Positions 52,994-62,892 of a DNA stretch of 64,000 nucleotides are shown in pieces. Position 1 is the stretch's first letter. Each line of letters starts with the position of its first letter. The DNA is from Thermomicrobiales bacterium (GTDB lineage Bacteria; Chloroflexota; Chloroflexia; Thermomicrobiales; CFX8), in assembly GCA_037045155.1 (NCBI GenBank), contig JBAOIG010000002.1, forward strand, positions 534,433-598,432, given 5' to 3'. Made by a program: the position numbers and the translations under genes. Under the pieces are notes generated by a model, which did no database searches, was not told the origin of the DNA, and was given only the letters and a program-made list of their open reading frames with translations.

Positions 52994-54493
52994 CTATGGA
53001 ATATCTGGCTCGTCCCTCGTCCCCGCTAGCAGCCAGACGCCGGCTACCGCGATAAGCGCGAGTGCGACGAGGAATGCAGTCGACTGAGCGGTATTGAAGC
53101 CGATGCGCTGGAGGTGGAACGTGACGACGCTGATGTCCCGTCCTTCCCAGAGCCGTTGGGCTTCGACGACGATCGGCGAGGTCGAGAGGCGCCAGTAGAT
53201 GTCCGGATCTGCGTTGCCGCGGCCGGCCGCCTCGTATTGCGCATGGATCTCGATCAGATACAGGTTGAAGTCAACCAGCGACCCCAGCAGCGCCACCCCG
53301 AACCCGAATCCCGCCAGCGCCCAGGCAGCCGTCCGCGCGCGGGCCGACGATCGCAGCAGTGGCCCAAGGCCGAGGATTGCGAACGGCAGCAGCGGCACGA
53401 GCAAGCGTGGCCCCCAGACCCAGCCACCCCACCACGACCACCACTTCGCATTCTGGACCAGCACGACCGCGGCGATCGCGGCGTAGAGCACGGCCTCGGC
53501 CCGCCGCTCGCGCCAGAAACGCGGCCAGCCGACGACCGCTAGCGCCGTCAGCGGCGCGTAGAGGAAGATACTCTTGCCCGGTGAGACGAGCAGTCCGGCC
53601 AGCCCTGACAGGAGCGGCGTGTCGAACCGCTCGCCCGTATAGCCGTTGTCGAACGGGCTGCCGAAGCGGACAGCGTTGTGCCACAGCAGCAGCGCCAGGC
53701 AGGCGGCCGCCGGGATGCCGAAGGCCAGCGCCGCCGCGAGCGCCGAGCGCCACCAGCCTGTCTCACTGGCCGGCCGCCGGATCAGCCGGCGCAGCGGCTC
53801 ACCCTCCGGATGCGGCAGCGCGGCCCAGGCAGCGTAGGCGAGGAACGGCGGCAGGAGCAACGCCCCGACGACCCGCGTCAGCACGGCGTAGCCGAGACCG
53901 AGACTCGCCAGCGCCAGCCAGCCGTAGCGCCAGCGGTTGCCCTCCTGTCGGTAGGCCAGCAGCCCCAGCGCCGCCAGTAGCAGGCAGGCGGTGAACAACG
54001 GCTCGCTGAAGAACGTCTTCGAATATGGCCAGGCCAGCGTCGTCAACCCCCACGCCAACGCCAGCCCGACCGCGAGGCGGATGCCGTTGCCCAGACGGAC
54101 GGCCAGTAGAAAGACGAGCGCGCCGCTGGCCGCGGTGACGACCTGGTTCAGTAGCGAGACAGCGTAGATGGAGAGCGCCTCATCGAGCACTCCACTGAGG
54201 ATTGATTCACGGAGCGCCTTTGCCAGCAGGATCGGGATCGTCGCCAGTAGCGGCTGCCCCAGCCCATACTTCGAGAAGTACAGCCCGTGCTGCCCCCGGA
54301 CGATCTGCCAGGCCACGTCGGGGTTCGGCGCCAGCACGATTGTGTGCTGCAGCGCCAGCGCCTTTGCCGTCGCATACATGACATAACCGTCGGAACTGTA
54401 GAACGTCCCGCCGTGGGTGAGCAGATAGCACGCGAGCAGGGTGAGGAAGACACCTGCGGCCGGCCGTGTCAGCGCCTTGCCGCTCGTTCCCAC
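52994..54493 (-). CDS. GT39/ArnT-like membrane glycosyltransferase (start uncertain, GTG 54493 proposed)
   Basis: More than 10 TM segments. N-terminal FYSSDGYVMYATAKAL loop typical of PMT_2-type enzymes. ATG 54583 would overlap rex by 74 nt. Confidence 0.7.
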   Translation of the reverse strand: MGTSGKALTRPAAGVFLTLLACYLLTHGGTFYSSDGYVMYATAKALALQHTIVLAPNPDVAWQIVRGQHGLYFSKYGLGQPLLATIPILLAKALRESILSGVLDEALSIYAVSLLNQVVTAASGALVFLLAVRLGNGIRLAVGLALAWGLTTLAWPYSKTFFSEPLFTACLLLAALGLLAYRQEGNRWRYGWLALASLGLGYAVLTRVVGALLLPPFLAYAAWAALPHPEGEPLRRLIRRPASETGWWRSALAAALAFGIPAAACLALLLWHNAVRFGSPFDNGYTGERFDTPLLSGLAGLLVSPGKSIFLYAPLTALAVVGWPRFWRERRAEAVLYAAIAAVVLVQNAKWWSWWGGWVWGPRLLVPLLPFAILGLGPLLRSSARARTAAWALAGFGFGVALLGSLVDFNLYLIEIHAQYEAAGRGNADPDIYWRLSTSPIVVEAQRLWEGRDISVVTFHLQRIGFNTAQSTAFLVALALIAVAGVWLLAGTRDEPDIP

Positions 54494-54509
54494 GCTCTCC
54501 CCGTTCTGC

Positions 54510-55229
54510 CTACCAGCCCGGCGTCGCCTCGAGCGCGGCGCGGCGGTATCGCTCCGTCGACGTGTCGGGCGGGGCGGCGTCATCGTTCAGATAGTATGTC
54601 ATCGACTGCATTGCCCCGGTCGGGTCGATCTCTCGCACCCAGACATCCTCCGGCACGCGGAGGATCACCGGCGCGTAATTCAGGATGGCGCGCACCCCGC
54701 CCGCGACCAGCGCATCCGCAACCTCCTGGCCGGCGGATGCCGGGACGGCGATGATACCCATCCGGATATCCCGCTCCCGCACCACGCGGGTGATCTCGTC
54801 GGCAGTCAACACCGGCACGCCGTCCTCTGATGTCTGGCCGACCTTCGCCGGGCTGCGGTCGAAGATGGCGACGATCTCGAACGTCGTAGCGCCGAAGCCG
54901 CGGTAGGCGGCCAGCGCCTGCCCGAGGTGGCCGAAGCCAACCAGCGCGACATCCCACTGCTGATCAAGATGGAGAATATGCTCGATCGTGGCGACGAGCG
55001 TCGCCACGTTATACCCCTTGCCCTGTTTGCCGAACCTGCCGAAGTAGGACAGGTCTCGGCGAATCTGCGCCGCAGTAACGCCGATCAGGCGTGCCAGATC
55101 GTCGGACGAGACGGTCGGAATCCCCTCGCTGGCGATCAGCCGCAGTGTCCGAACGTAGATCGGCAGCCGCCGGATGACGATGTCGGGAATTGCGCGATCC
55201 GCGCGCGAATCGCTCGCTGCCTGTCCCAT
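54510..55229 (-). CDS. rex: Redox-sensing transcriptional repressor Rex
   Basis: IPDIVIRRLPIYVRTLRLI...SSDDLARLIGVTAAQIRRDLSYFG.FGKQGKGYNV...VALVGFGHLGQALA (Rossmann fold). Confidence 0.9.
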   Translation of the reverse strand: MGQAASDSRADRAIPDIVIRRLPIYVRTLRLIASEGIPTVSSDDLARLIGVTAAQIRRDLSYFGRFGKQGKGYNVATLVATIEHILHLDQQWDVALVGFGHLGQALAAYRGFGATTFEIVAIFDRSPAKVGQTSEDGVPVLTADEITRVVRERDIRMGIIAVPASAGQEVADALVAGGVRAILNYAPVILRVPEDVWVREIDPTGAMQSMTYYLNDDAAPPDTSTERYRRAALEATPGW

Positions 55230-55415
55230 GGTTAACCCTGCTGCTCGTCGCACGGCCGGCCTGATCGCCGCCGTGTCCCGTTCCCCTCACCACGAGGATG
55301 CCCGTCGCTCACGGCGCCTCGATGCTGCCTGGGCGTTGCTGTCGATCCAGGCGTTCGAGCGGCACGGCCGTGCCGAGGCAATACCTGAAATGCTACATCG
55401 CAGGCAAACCAACGT

Positions 55416-56489
55416 TCAACCGGGACAATCCGACGCCAGATCCTCGCGCAGGGTGGCGACCTCCCTGTCGATGCGCGCGACGAGCTCCGCGCGCTCGCTG
55501 TCCGGCAAGAAGGCCGCCTCGGCTGCCCGCCGAGCCATTGCCGACAGCTCATCGATGTCGAAGCCGGCTTCCTCGGCCAGGGCGACGTACTCGCCGGTCA
55601 TCGTCGCGTCGAACATCGGCGGATCGTCGGTGTTCACCGTTACCGGCACCCCCGCGTCGTGAAGCGCCCGGATCGGGTGAGTCGCGTAGCTCGACGCCAC
55701 TCCAAGGCGGATGTTGCTGGTCGGTGAGACCTCCAGCACCACCCGGTTTGCCGCCAGGCGGCGGACAAGCTCCGGGTCGTGGATGCTCGTGACCCCGTGG
55801 CCGATCCGTTCCGCGCCGCTCTCCAGCGCGTCCCAGACGCTCTCTGGCCCGACTGTTTCCCCCGCGTGCAGACTGACCCGCGCGCCATTGCGACGCGCAA
55901 ATTCGATCGCTGCCGCGTGAGGGGCTGCTGGATAGCCGATCTCGGTGCCGCCCAGCCCGATCCCGACCAACCCGTCGCCCAGATTCGCGACGCACCATTC
56001 GGCGATCGCAGTTACCTCTTCCGGCGCACGGACCCTGACCGCATCGACGATAAACTGGATCCGAACACCGAAATCGTCCCATCCCTGGCGCGCTCCGGCC
56101 CGGCAGCCGGCCAGCACAAGATCGGGCATTGCCTTCGTCCGTGGCTTCAGCGGCGAAGTCGGCGAGATCGTCACTTCCAGGTACGGGATATTCTCCGCGC
56201 GGGCCGTCTCGGCCAGCTCCCACGTCACCCGCTCGTAGTCTTCGCTGGTCTGGAGGCTATCGCAGACTGCCATGAAAACCTCGATAAAGTGGGGAAAGTC
56301 GCGGAACCGATACCAGTCACGCGCGCCGTTTGTGTCGTCGAACGGGTACACGACCCCGTGTCGTCGCCCCAGGTCGAGCAACGTCTCGGGTCGCACGGAA
56401 CCCTCCAGGTGGACGTGCAGCTCCGGCTTCGGCATCCGTGCCAGGAACGCGCGCTCAGCGCCGGTCAGGCGAGTCGGGGTCTCTCGCAT
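55416..56489 (-). CDS. add: Adenosine deaminase
   Basis: Internal ATG 56489. PKPELHVHLEGSVRPETLL, SLHAGE, IGHGV and VNTDDPPMF. The 209 upstream track-ORF codons were rejected. Confidence 0.9.
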   Translation of the reverse strand: MRETPTRLTGAERAFLARMPKPELHVHLEGSVRPETLLDLGRRHGVVYPFDDTNGARDWYRFRDFPHFIEVFMAVCDSLQTSEDYERVTWELAETARAENIPYLEVTISPTSPLKPRTKAMPDLVLAGCRAGARQGWDDFGVRIQFIVDAVRVRAPEEVTAIAEWCVANLGDGLVGIGLGGTEIGYPAAPHAAAIEFARRNGARVSLHAGETVGPESVWDALESGAERIGHGVTSIHDPELVRRLAANRVVLEVSPTSNIRLGVASSYATHPIRALHDAGVPVTVNTDDPPMFDATMTGEYVALAEEAGFDIDELSAMARRAAEAAFLPDSERAELVARIDREVATLREDLASDCPG

Positions 56490-56600
56490 CGATGGATCCT
56501 TCCGATCGGGAGAACGAATGACGATTGTAGCAGCCGACCCTGGCGCGACGGGGGATAATGAGGCAGGTATTGGGAACGGACAGAAGAGGAGCACGCCAAT

Positions 56601-57113
56601 ATGGCAAGTTGGGTCGAGACCGCCAGCTTTATTGCCAGCAGTCCGGTGCGGGTCGGAGTCATGATCGCGCTGGCCCAGTCCGGCCAGACGCTTGACGAGA
56701 TCACGCTGGCTCAGACGGCCGGCCTGTTGCACCAGCACATCACTGGTCAGCCGATCGAGACGGCGATCGTCATTTCGCAGATCAGCGAGCTCTCGCGCCA
56801 CGGCGCTATCGCGCGCGACGATAGCGGCTTCCGCTGGCAGCTCACCGCGATCGGCACCCTCGTCAGCCGCCAATGGGCAATCGCGAGCCTGGAGCCGGAG
56901 GGAGACGCCCCGCTCGATCACGACGAGGTCCGCGCCTGGCGTGATGCGCTGATTGCACAGCTCGAGGAGGATTCCGACCTCGCCGAGGAGGCCGATATCT
57001 CGCCCGAGGAGCTGCTTGCCGGCCAGACCTCGAGGCTGTCCGAGCTGCGCGTCCTGAATCGCGTCATCGGCGACGAGCGGTTGCCGGAGTGGATCTCTGC
57101 GCTGGCGCGCTAG
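56601..57113 (+). CDS. Hypothetical protein with N-terminal wHTH-like segment and acidic C-terminus
   Basis: 170-aa ORF ending 18 nt before the next gene. No family recognised. Confidence 0.45.
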   Translation: MASWVETASFIASSPVRVGVMIALAQSGQTLDEITLAQTAGLLHQHITGQPIETAIVISQISELSRHGAIARDDSGFRWQLTAIGTLVSRQWAIASLEPEGDAPLDHDEVRAWRDALIAQLEEDSDLAEEADISPEELLAGQTSRLSELRVLNRVIGDERLPEWISALAR

Positions 57114-57130
57114 CATCGGGGTGACGGTCG

Positions 57131-58258
57131 ATGACGATCTACGACGACCTGGGAATCCGTCGAGTACTCAACGCCGATGCGCGGCTGACTCGCCTCGGCG
57201 GATCGTTGATGCCGGACGAGGTCCGCTGGGCGATGGATGCAGCCGCGCGCAGCTACGTCGATATCGTTGAGCTGCACGATGCCGTCGGCAAGCGGCTGGC
57301 CGCGCTCACGCGAAACGACGCCGCTTGCGTCACGACTGGCGCAGCGGCCGGCCTGACCCTCGCCACCCTCGCCTGTATGACCGGCAACGACCCGGTCGCC
57401 ATCGCCAGGATGCCCGACCGCCCCGGCCTTCCGTCGAAGATCGTCTACCAGCGTCCGCACCGCATCCCCTACCTTCCGTCGGTCGCGCTGGCCGGCGCGA
57501 CGCTGGTCGAGATCGGAGTCGAGCCGGAGGTCCACCCGGTCGAGCTGGAATTGGCGATCGACGCCGACACCGCCGCGGTGCTCTTCGTCGCTGGCGAGCA
57601 TCTCGCCGAAGGGGCTCTTCCTCTCGCAGAGGTCGTCCAGATTGCCCATGCGCGCTCCGTGCCGGTAATCGTTGATGGAGCGGCCCAACTTCCCCCGCCC
57701 GAGAATCTCTGGCGCTACACCCGCGAACAGGGCGCTGACCTCGCCATCTTCAGCGGTGGCAAGGATCTGCGCGGGCCACAGGCCAGCGGGCTGGTCGTCG
57801 GCCGGCCCGATCTGGTCGCCGCTATCCGCCAGCATGGGTCGCCAAACCCGCGGCTGGGTCGCTCGATGAAGGTCGGCAAAGAGGAGATGGCCGGCCTGCT
57901 GGCTGCCGTCGAGCGCTACCTGGCCGAGGATCACCTCGCGCGCATCGCAGGCTACGAAGCGGATGTCACCGGCTGGGTTGCCGCGTTCTCTGCGGTCCCC
58001 GGAGTCCGCGCCGAGCGTGAGTTTCCAAACGAGGCCGGCCAGCCGATGCCACGCTGCCGAGTGATCCTCGACGGCCGAGCAGCGACCTCTCGTCGTGACG
58101 CGGTCGTCCGCGCGCTTTGGGAGGGCGACCCGCGCGTCGCGGTCAAGGCGGCCGGCGATGACGCCATCTCGCTGACCCCCGACACCCTCGAGCCCGGAGA
58201 GGCCGCCACCGTCCGCGATCGCGTCGTACTTGCGCTGTACGCAAGTTTCCCATCCTAA
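57131..58258 (+). CDS. SelA/DgaE-like PLP-dependent enzyme (aminotransferase class V fold)
   Basis: GIRRVLNADARLTRLGGSLM...ACVTTGAAAGL...DLAIFSGGKDLRGPQASGLVVGR, with the PLP Lys in the SGGK context typical of SelA-like proteins. Confidence 0.7.
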   Translation: MTIYDDLGIRRVLNADARLTRLGGSLMPDEVRWAMDAAARSYVDIVELHDAVGKRLAALTRNDAACVTTGAAAGLTLATLACMTGNDPVAIARMPDRPGLPSKIVYQRPHRIPYLPSVALAGATLVEIGVEPEVHPVELELAIDADTAAVLFVAGEHLAEGALPLAEVVQIAHARSVPVIVDGAAQLPPPENLWRYTREQGADLAIFSGGKDLRGPQASGLVVGRPDLVAAIRQHGSPNPRLGRSMKVGKEEMAGLLAAVERYLAEDHLARIAGYEADVTGWVAAFSAVPGVRAEREFPNEAGQPMPRCRVILDGRAATSRRDAVVRALWEGDPRVAVKAAGDDAISLTPDTLEPGEAATVRDRVVLALYASFPS

Positions 58259-58599
58259 TACTCCCTGACAACGCACCTTCCGTTCGCCAGTCTGAACGTC
58301 AGTTTCCGCATAGGTGCGCACGTTCGCATGTTCGTACATGGTTGACGGACGTGGTTGTGGCGGTGTATCTTCAGGGTAGCTCGGATGGTTGATTTCTCAT
58401 GTTGGCAATAGTTGCCAGCGAGTCACAGCAAGGAACCATCCGGCCGGTCGAGCCGGCAGCCAGCCGGTAGCCGTCAATGGCGTCGGGACGCGGAATTCGG
58501 GACCCCGTGGGCCAGCGCATCGCGATCGAGTGAATGTGAGTCGCCGGCCGAGCCGTGCCAGACAGGCATCGCCGGGCGGTGGCAGGAGAGTGACGAGAG

Positions 58600-59238
58600 A
58601 TGCAGGCTCGAACAGGACGAACCGGCGCGCTCGCCATTGTGGCGCTTCTGGCATCGACGCTTCTGCTGGCCGCCTGCGGCTCTGCGGATGGAACCAGCCC
58701 GAATGGCGCGGCCGGCACCCCCGGTCGGCAGTTGGCCCAGACCACGCCAACCGCGCCGCCCCCGCCGCCACCAACCCCGACCCTGGCGCCGACGCAGACC
58801 GTTGTCCGCCCGGCAGCCACTCCGACCGCGATCCCTGCGCCGAAGCCGGCCATTGGCGACACCGTCACGACCGACGGCTGGGAGCTGACCATCACAGGCT
58901 ACGATCTGTTCAAGAAGATTGGCGATAGCACGGCCGACGGGATGTTCCTCTACCTTCAGCTGACGGTGAAGAACACGCTGACCGTCGCGCGGCCCTTCCC
59001 CTACGACGGGCTGGTCGTCGTCGACATCGCCGGCAACTCGTACTTCCTCGCCACCAATGCCACCCGCGAGTCGCTCACCTACGACAAGGGCCTCGACATG
59101 ACCGCGCCGATTGACCCGACGCAGGAGGTGCAGACCGCCGCTATCTTCGATACTCCCGAGAGCGCGACCGGTTTCACCCTGACCACCCCGTCGCGCGTCT
59201 TCGAGATCCTGCTGCAATACAAGCAGCCGTCGAAGTAA
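58600..59238 (+). CDS. DUF4352-type lipoprotein
   Basis: Lipobox LLLAAC, then a Pro/Thr/Ala linker. WELTITGY...FLYLQLTVKN......QTAAIFD.P is typical DUF4352. Confidence 0.7.
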   Translation: MQARTGRTGALAIVALLASTLLLAACGSADGTSPNGAAGTPGRQLAQTTPTAPPPPPPTPTLAPTQTVVRPAATPTAIPAPKPAIGDTVTTDGWELTITGYDLFKKIGDSTADGMFLYLQLTVKNTLTVARPFPYDGLVVVDIAGNSYFLATNATRESLTYDKGLDMTAPIDPTQEVQTAAIFDTPESATGFTLTTPSRVFEILLQYKQPSK

Positions 59239-59269
59239 ACCGGATACCAGTCGCAACGCCCCGCCCGGT

Positions 59270-59776
59270 TCAACCGGACGGGGCGTCTGCCTGCCAGACC
59301 GCTAGCCCGCGGACGCGCTCCAGCGCCGCTCGGTCGGAGATCGGCAGATCGAGCGCCAGCAGGCAGCGAAGCGCCCGCGCCAGCTCGGCCCGGATTGTGG
59401 CGGGGCGGTCGTCAAAGCGACCAGCCCCGGCGTTGAAGAATCCGTCCGACAGCGCGACCAGCAGCGTCCAGGCGATGGCCGGCCGGAGGTCGCCCATGAT
59501 CGTCGTCAGCGACGCCCGTCCGGCCGCGTCCCCCTCGGGATCGTCGCGAAACAGCGTCGCCAGCCCAAGGATCACCTCCGCGCCGGTTACCGCCGGAACG
59601 CGCCCCACCACGAGCTGCAGCAAGTCCCCCTGCGCTGCCTCGACTAGCTCCCAGCTTGCTGTCGTGTGCGCCCGGAACGCGAGCCGATACGCCTCCGGCG
59701 TCGCATCCGTGCGCGCCTCCCAAGTGTCACCCGGCCCGCCGATACACACACCGGTCTGATTCCCTGTTGTCGCCAT
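59270..59776 (-). CDS. Hypothetical protein
   Basis: 168-aa ORF with plausible composition. No family recognised. Confidence 0.4.
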   Translation of the reverse strand: MATTGNQTGVCIGGPGDTWEARTDATPEAYRLAFRAHTTASWELVEAAQGDLLQLVVGRVPAVTGAEVILGLATLFRDDPEGDAAGRASLTTIMGDLRPAIAWTLLVALSDGFFNAGAGRFDDRPATIRAELARALRCLLALDLPISDRAALERVRGLAVWQADAPSG

Positions 59777-59799
59777 CCTCTCGATTCCCGTCCTCTCAT

Positions 59800-60022
59800 T
59801 GCCTTGATGATTCGAGTTTTACAGTCCATCGTAGACCGACGAAATCCTGAGTCGCGGTCGTTGACGGTGACGTAAGACAAGGACATGCATCATGTTTTCA
59901 CTGGATCATAGAACCAGCTATGGTATATTACGCTGTAGTACTGATACAGAAACTTTGACACATTTATGATACCGATTTGATGTCACAGGATCGTCGTTTG
60001 CGTCAGCCGGGAGGTAGTCAGT
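59800..60022 (+). promoter_or_regulatory. AT-rich leader/promoter region upstream of cas3
   Basis: The most AT-rich stretch of the window. It contains TTGACA (59955-59960), TATGAT (59965-59970) and several TATA-like hexamers. No repeat-spacer structure. Confidence 0.3.
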
Positions 60023-62215
60023 ATGCGGGGCGACACCGACGCAACAATGGCCTACGCCCATTCCCGTAATCAACAAGGTAACCGACACTTGCTACTCGAC
60101 CATCTTATTACCGTCGCTCAGACGACGCAGGGATTCGCGGAGGCCTTCGGAGCCGCGGAGTTAGGCTGGTGGGTCGGCCTTTGGCATGACCTGGGGAAGT
60201 ACCATCCCGAATTTCAGCAATACCTCCTCGGTGTTGAACGTGACTTGTATACCCGGCGACGCGGCCCCGACCACAAGGCCGCAGGGGCGAAGCTGGCCGC
60301 ACAGTATGCACCGCCACTCACCCAGCCGATCGTCGGACACCATGGCGGGCTTCGTGATCAGGAGACCGAGTTACGTGTGTGGCTGAATGAACGACTCCCG
60401 GAGCAACGTGTGAATGAAGCACTGGCGATCGCGCGGTCGGTCATTGCTGACTTGGAGCCGATGTCTCCGCTAGCAGCGCCACCCTGGCTGCGGTCACCCC
60501 TTTCGCTGGAATTTTTTCTCCGGATGCTCTTCTCCGCGTTGGTCGATGCCGACTTTCTGGATACCGAAGCGCACTTCGACCCTGGGCGGTATGACTCACG
60601 GCGCGCGACACTCCCGTCTATTCCAGAGTTAACTCACGAGCTCGAAGCCGATCAGAGAAGAATTTCGGGCAAGGGCGATAACGTCGTTGCCGATGTTCGG
60701 CACAGCGTCTATCTCGATTGCCTGAATGCAGCGATTCAGCCCCCGGGCTTCTTCCGGCTTTCTGTCCCGACTGGTGGAGGGAAGACTCGCTCTGGGCTTG
60801 CATTCGCGCTGCGTCACGCCGCACAACACGATCTCAAGCGGGTGATCGTCGCGATTCCCTATACGTCGATCACCGACCAGACCGCAGCCACCTACCGTTC
60901 GATCTTTCAGTCGTCGCATGCCGTCCTTGAGCACCATAGCGCAATCCAACGGTCCGAACCAGATGACGACATCGATCGCGATTGGGAACGGCTCGCGGCC
61001 GAAAACTGGGACGCGCCAATCGTCGTAACGACCACGGTCCAACTCTTTGAGAGCCTCCTCGGTAAATCGACGAGAGCGTGCCGCAAGCTGCATAACATCG
61101 CCAACAGTGTGATCATTCTGGATGAAGTACAGACGCTGCCGGAACGGTTGCTTGCTCCGATCCTGGATGTCCTTCGCGAACTCGTCACCAACTACGGCGT
61201 TACTGTCGTCCTCAGCACCGCGACCCAACCGGCGATTGATGCGAGTGCCGGATTTCGTGGACTCCCGAACGTCCGTCAAATTGTCTCCGATCCGATTGCG
61301 CACTTCGACCGGCTGAAGCGGGTTGTCTACCATCTGCCGGCTGCGCGCGGAGAGCAGTGGGCCTGGGAACGCGCCGCCGACGAGATGCGGACGAGCCCGC
61401 AGTCGCTCGCGATCGTCAATACGAAGTCCGACGCGCTAGCGCTGCTCGACGTGTTGGGCGATCCTGATGCGCGCCATCTGTCGACGCTGCTGTGTGGCGC
61501 ACATCGGCGCGATGTCCTTTCGGAAGTAAAGGATCGCCTGCACAACGGTGAGCCATGTCGCGTCGTTGCGACCCAGGTCGTGGAGGCGGGGGTTGATCTC
61601 GACTTCCCGCTGGTATTGCGCGCCGTTGGCCCGCTCGACCGTATCGTGCAGGCGGCCGGCCGCTGCAATCGTGAGGGTAAGCTCGAGAGCGGCCGTGTTG
61701 TCGTTTTCCAGCCTGAAGAAGGCTACGAACCGCCGGGCGCATATCGGACGGGCACGGATATTGCTCGCGCGATGCTCTCCCGTCCGGGCTTTGACTTTCA
61801 TGATCCCGCTGTCTATTGGGACTACTTCCGCGCTCTGTACGACCGTGTTTCACTCGATGCGCCGAGGATCCAGGAGGCACGCGCGAACCTCGAGTACTCC
61901 ACTGTGGCTGAACGCTTTCGTCTCATAGCAGATGACACGGCATCAGTGCTGGTTCGGTACTGGACGACACTGCCGGACGGAGAGGAGGTGGATAACGCGA
62001 TCGACCGTTTGCGGACCCGGCGCGGGAACCCGCGACTGATCTGGAGGTTGCTTCAGCCGTTGATCGTGAATGTCCGGTCGACGGTGCTATCGGGATACGC
62101 CCGAGAGGGACTCGCCGCCGAGATTGTCCCCGGCCTGTGGGAGTGGTTGGGGGAGTACGATCGCATCCGAGGTCTGGTCGGCGACCGCCGTGACCCCGAA
62201 GCTTTGGTGATCTGA
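60023..62215 (+). CDS. cas3: CRISPR-associated HD nuclease/helicase Cas3 (type I)
   Basis: HD domain LLDHL...WHDLGKYHPEFQ...HKAAGA...GHHGGL. Helicase motifs VPTGGGKT, ILDEVQ and STATQP. RBS GGGAGG. Confidence 0.92.
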   Translation: MRGDTDATMAYAHSRNQQGNRHLLLDHLITVAQTTQGFAEAFGAAELGWWVGLWHDLGKYHPEFQQYLLGVERDLYTRRRGPDHKAAGAKLAAQYAPPLTQPIVGHHGGLRDQETELRVWLNERLPEQRVNEALAIARSVIADLEPMSPLAAPPWLRSPLSLEFFLRMLFSALVDADFLDTEAHFDPGRYDSRRATLPSIPELTHELEADQRRISGKGDNVVADVRHSVYLDCLNAAIQPPGFFRLSVPTGGGKTRSGLAFALRHAAQHDLKRVIVAIPYTSITDQTAATYRSIFQSSHAVLEHHSAIQRSEPDDDIDRDWERLAAENWDAPIVVTTTVQLFESLLGKSTRACRKLHNIANSVIILDEVQTLPERLLAPILDVLRELVTNYGVTVVLSTATQPAIDASAGFRGLPNVRQIVSDPIAHFDRLKRVVYHLPAARGEQWAWERAADEMRTSPQSLAIVNTKSDALALLDVLGDPDARHLSTLLCGAHRRDVLSEVKDRLHNGEPCRVVATQVVEAGVDLDFPLVLRAVGPLDRIVQAAGRCNREGKLESGRVVVFQPEEGYEPPGAYRTGTDIARAMLSRPGFDFHDPAVYWDYFRALYDRVSLDAPRIQEARANLEYSTVAERFRLIADDTASVLVRYWTTLPDGEEVDNAIDRLRTRRGNPRLIWRLLQPLIVNVRSTVLSGYAREGLAAEIVPGLWEWLGEYDRIRGLVGDRRDPEALVI

Positions 62216-62236
62216 GCGAAGAATGACAGGTGAGCT

Positions 62237-62892
62237 ATGGCCGAACGTTCTCTCCTGGAAGTGAAGGTGTGGGGTGACCTGGCCTGCTTCACGCGGCCAG
62301 AGATGAAGGCCGAACGGGTGAGCTACCCGGTGATGACGCCGTCTGCGGCGCGAGGCATCCTGGAAGCGATCTTCTGGAAGCCGGAGTTAGCTGGATCGTG
62401 CGAGAGATATGGGTGTTGAATCCGGTCAGTTATACGCCCATCATGCGGAACGAGGTTCAGACACGGCAGTCATACCGTACCGCTACCGGTTGGGCCGCGG
62501 CTGGAGCCGGAAACTTTGTCGCTCCGGACGACAGGACGCAGCGTCACACACTTGCGCTGCGCGACGTCGGGTACGTCATCCGCGCTGACATGCAGCTTCG
62601 GGCGGATGTCCCCGATAACATCGCCAAGTACCGGGACCAGTTTCGTCGTCGGGTCGCGCGCGGCCAATGCTTCAGCATGCCGTATCTTGGCTGTCGCGAA
62701 TTCTCGGCATCCTTTGGTCCGCTCGATGGCAACGAAACGCCAGTCGCGATCAGCGACGATCTTGGCGGGATGCTGCACGGGATCGACTACGACTTGACCA
62801 CGCAGGGCGCGGGCACGCCGCGCTTCTTTGCTGCCCGCCTCGACCATGGGGTGCTGCGCGTGCCACCGGCTCCTGAGATTGGGGCGGACTGA
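62237..62892 (+). pseudogene. cas5c: Cas5c (Cas5d, type I-C pre-crRNA endoribonuclease) with an apparent 1-nt deletion near 62387-62390
   Basis: Frame 2 gives [44 protein letters not shown] then a stop 10 codons later. Frame 1 continues [20 protein letters not shown]...MPYLGCREF. Confidence 0.85.

Noticed and set aside
58259-58599. 341-nt gap upstream of the DUF4352 lipoprotein gene as a candidate ncRNA or riboswitch
   Set aside because: No recognisable conserved riboswitch core or stable extended structure was identified by eye. It is left as unexplained non-coding DNA that merits an Rfam scan.
62237-62419. Treating the 60-aa cas5 N-fragment and the 62398-62892 ORF as two separate genes
   Set aside because: Together they reconstitute a single Cas5c with family-typical sequence across the junction. 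The split is a one-base frame change.
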